Below, piece after piece: positions 62,486-64,000 of a stretch of DNA of 64,000 nt. Below the pieces are notes generated by a model. That model did no database searches and was not told where the DNA came from. It worked only from the letters and a program-made list of their open reading frames with translations. Both the position numbers and the translations under genes were made by a program. Each line of letters opens with the position of its first letter. Within the stretch, counting starts at the first letter, position 1. Where the stretch lies: positions 1,428,692 to 1,492,691 of the forward strand of contig OZ006978.1 in NCBI GenBank assembly GCA_963931155.1, in the 5' to 3' direction. The stretch comes from an uncultured Clostridia bacterium (lineage in GTDB: Bacteria > Bacillota > Clostridia > TANB77 > CAG-508).

Positions 62486-64000
62486 GTGAGAAAAGATAGA
62501 ATAAATAAAACACAAGTAAATAATAAAAAGAAACGTAAAGAAAAGAGAGGATTGAACAATAAAGGAAAAGGCAAAAGAATAAATGTAAAGAACTTGCCAA
62601 CATTTATATTGATAGGACTAATCTTAATGATAATCATAATAGCAATAATCTATTATGTGTTTTTAAGGTATGCACCAGAACAAATAATAACATATAGTGG
62701 ATATGCAATAGAGGGACAAGCATTAGCAGAAAACTTAAAAAATAGTGACATATCTAATGTTAAGCCATACTTAGATTTAGTAGAAGTACAAGAAAACGAT
62801 TTATTGTATAAACGATTAAATTCATATTATGTAGGAGAAGATGATAAAAAAGAGATAGATATTAACTATCCTATATACATAAATGAAGGAAATGCTCTTT
62901 TAAACATAGGAAAGGACACAAAATTAATAACAGTAAATTATGAAGAAGTAGAAGGATATCCAGAGTTCATGATGACAGATGGAGTAATGTATAATGGAGC
63001 AGATTTAACAAGAGCAGACGGGAATAAATATATATTCCTAAAAAGTGAAGATGAAATTTTCACAAATGTGGGAAAGATAAAAATAACAACTGCTACTAAC
63101 ACTTACGACATAAAAGAATTTAGTAATATATATTTTACAGAGAACTCAATTACATATTATGAAATGGAAGAAGATTCAAATGTACAAAATTGGTATATGA
63201 AATATAAAAGAATAGATGATATAGATAATAATTCGAAGATAGAAGTAAAAGGAGAAACTATTTCATACAAAACATTTCTAGAAAGATTAGGTTTAATAGA
63301 CTCAGAAGAAAACGTAAACAATACTGATAAAGAAAAAACAACAAACGAGATAAGTGAAAACACAGTAGAAAAACCAGAGCAAGTAAATGAAGAAAGCTCA
63401 GCAAATGAAAACAATAATGCTACTACTGGAACAACAGAAGGCAAAGAAGAAAATCAAGAATCAGAATGGCAAGAAGGAATGTGGGAAAAACCAGAAGTAA
63501 GTTGTACAGACTTTGAAGGAGAAGTATATACAATAAGAACAAATTTATCAGTAAGAGATAGAGCAGGAGTTATAACAAGAGGAATAACATTTGAAATATA
63601 TCTAGATGGAAGATTAAATAGAAGAGTACAAGCTAACCAAGCAGGAACACTAGAAATAACAAACTTACAACCAAGTTCAGAATATGAGATAAGAGGAATA
63701 TTCTATTACAATGATGAAAACGGAGTAGAACAAGAAGAAGAGTTCTACACAGGAAAAGTAACAACAAAATCAATAGATACATTAGGAACACTAGATTTTA
63801 GATTCCAAAATGGAAAGATATATTCAAATAAAATAGAATTAATACATCTAAAGCTAAATAACAATATAGATGAAGAAGTAGTAAGAGGAATATCAAGAGT
63901 ACAAGTAGAAATAGGAGATGTAGCATATAGATTAACAAATGCACAAATAGATGAATTAAAAGCAGGAAAAGAAATAACATATCAAACAAGTGAAAACTTA
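62486..64000 (+). CDS. Giant GLUG-repeat surface protein, paralog 4 (5' part; it runs off the window end)
   Basis: GTG start with a GAGG RBS (identical context to 39926). The N-terminus MRKDRINKTQVNNKKKRKEK..NLPTFILIGLILMIIIIAIIYY and the homologous N-terminal domain are present. The frame is open to position 64000. Confidence 0.75.
   Translation, partial: MRKDRINKTQVNNKKKRKEKRGLNNKGKGKRINVKNLPTFILIGLILMIIIIAIIYYVFLRYAPEQIITYSGYAIEGQALAENLKNSDISNVKPYLDLVEVQENDLLYKRLNSYYVGEDDKKEIDINYPIYINEGNALLNIGKDTKLITVNYEEVEGYPEFMMTDGVMYNGADLTRADGNKYIFLKSEDEIFTNVGKIKITTATNTYDIKEFSNIYFTENSITYYEMEEDSNVQNWYMKYKRIDDIDNNSKIEVKGETISYKTFLERLGLIDSEENVNNTDKEKTTNEISENTVEKPEQVNEESSANENNNATTGTTEGKEENQESEWQEGMWEKPEVSCTDFEGEVYTIRTNLSVRDRAGVITRGITFEIYLDGRLNRRVQANQAGTLEITNLQPSSEYEIRGIFYYNDENGVEQEEEFYTGKVTTKSIDTLGTLDFRFQNGKIYSNKIELIHLKLNNNIDEEVVRGISRVQVEIGDVAYRLTNAQIDELKAGKEITYQTSENL

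Overview
The window is AT-rich (about 28-30% GC) Firmicutes-type chromosome from an endospore former; a gerA-type germinant receptor operon is present. The first ~15 kb is ordinary: the 3' part of a heterodimeric ABC exporter pair, a DUF360-like membrane protein, a DUF421/DUF4363 pair, secG-rnr, and a gerAA(frameshifted)-gerAB-gerAC operon on the minus strand. From ~15 kb on, the window is dominated by a surface-protein system. (i) A probable 10-gene plus-strand operon (15172-28452) encodes a 1784-aa and a 496-aa N-terminally anchored surface protein, then a complete but non-canonical F1-like ATPase gene set (c-like, b-like, alpha, gamma, beta, epsilon), then two more membrane proteins. There is no subunit a or delta, and the c-like subunit lacks its ion-binding carboxylate. 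(ii) A tandem array of four paralogous giant (~3000-3200 aa) GLUG-repeat, double-anchored surface protein genes (28.6-64 kb) is interleaved with COG1373 AAA ATPase genes and a HEPN/MNT pair. Every giant gene is preceded by a dinucleotide microsatellite, (AG)8, 13, 17 or 16, placed so that unit number sets the reading frame. In two copies the repeat lies inside the signal-anchor coding region, and both are OFF in this assembly. In the other two copies the repeat lies inside an upstream leader-peptide ORF that reads through a strong intrinsic terminator, which looks like phase-variable ribosome-mediated attenuation. A fifth, (AC)12 leader element sits in tandem upstream of copy 4. The paralogs are mosaic, with conserved ends and swapped variable cassettes, and copy 2 carries a +1 homopolymer frameshift. 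I found no tRNA, rRNA, CRISPR or transposase genes.
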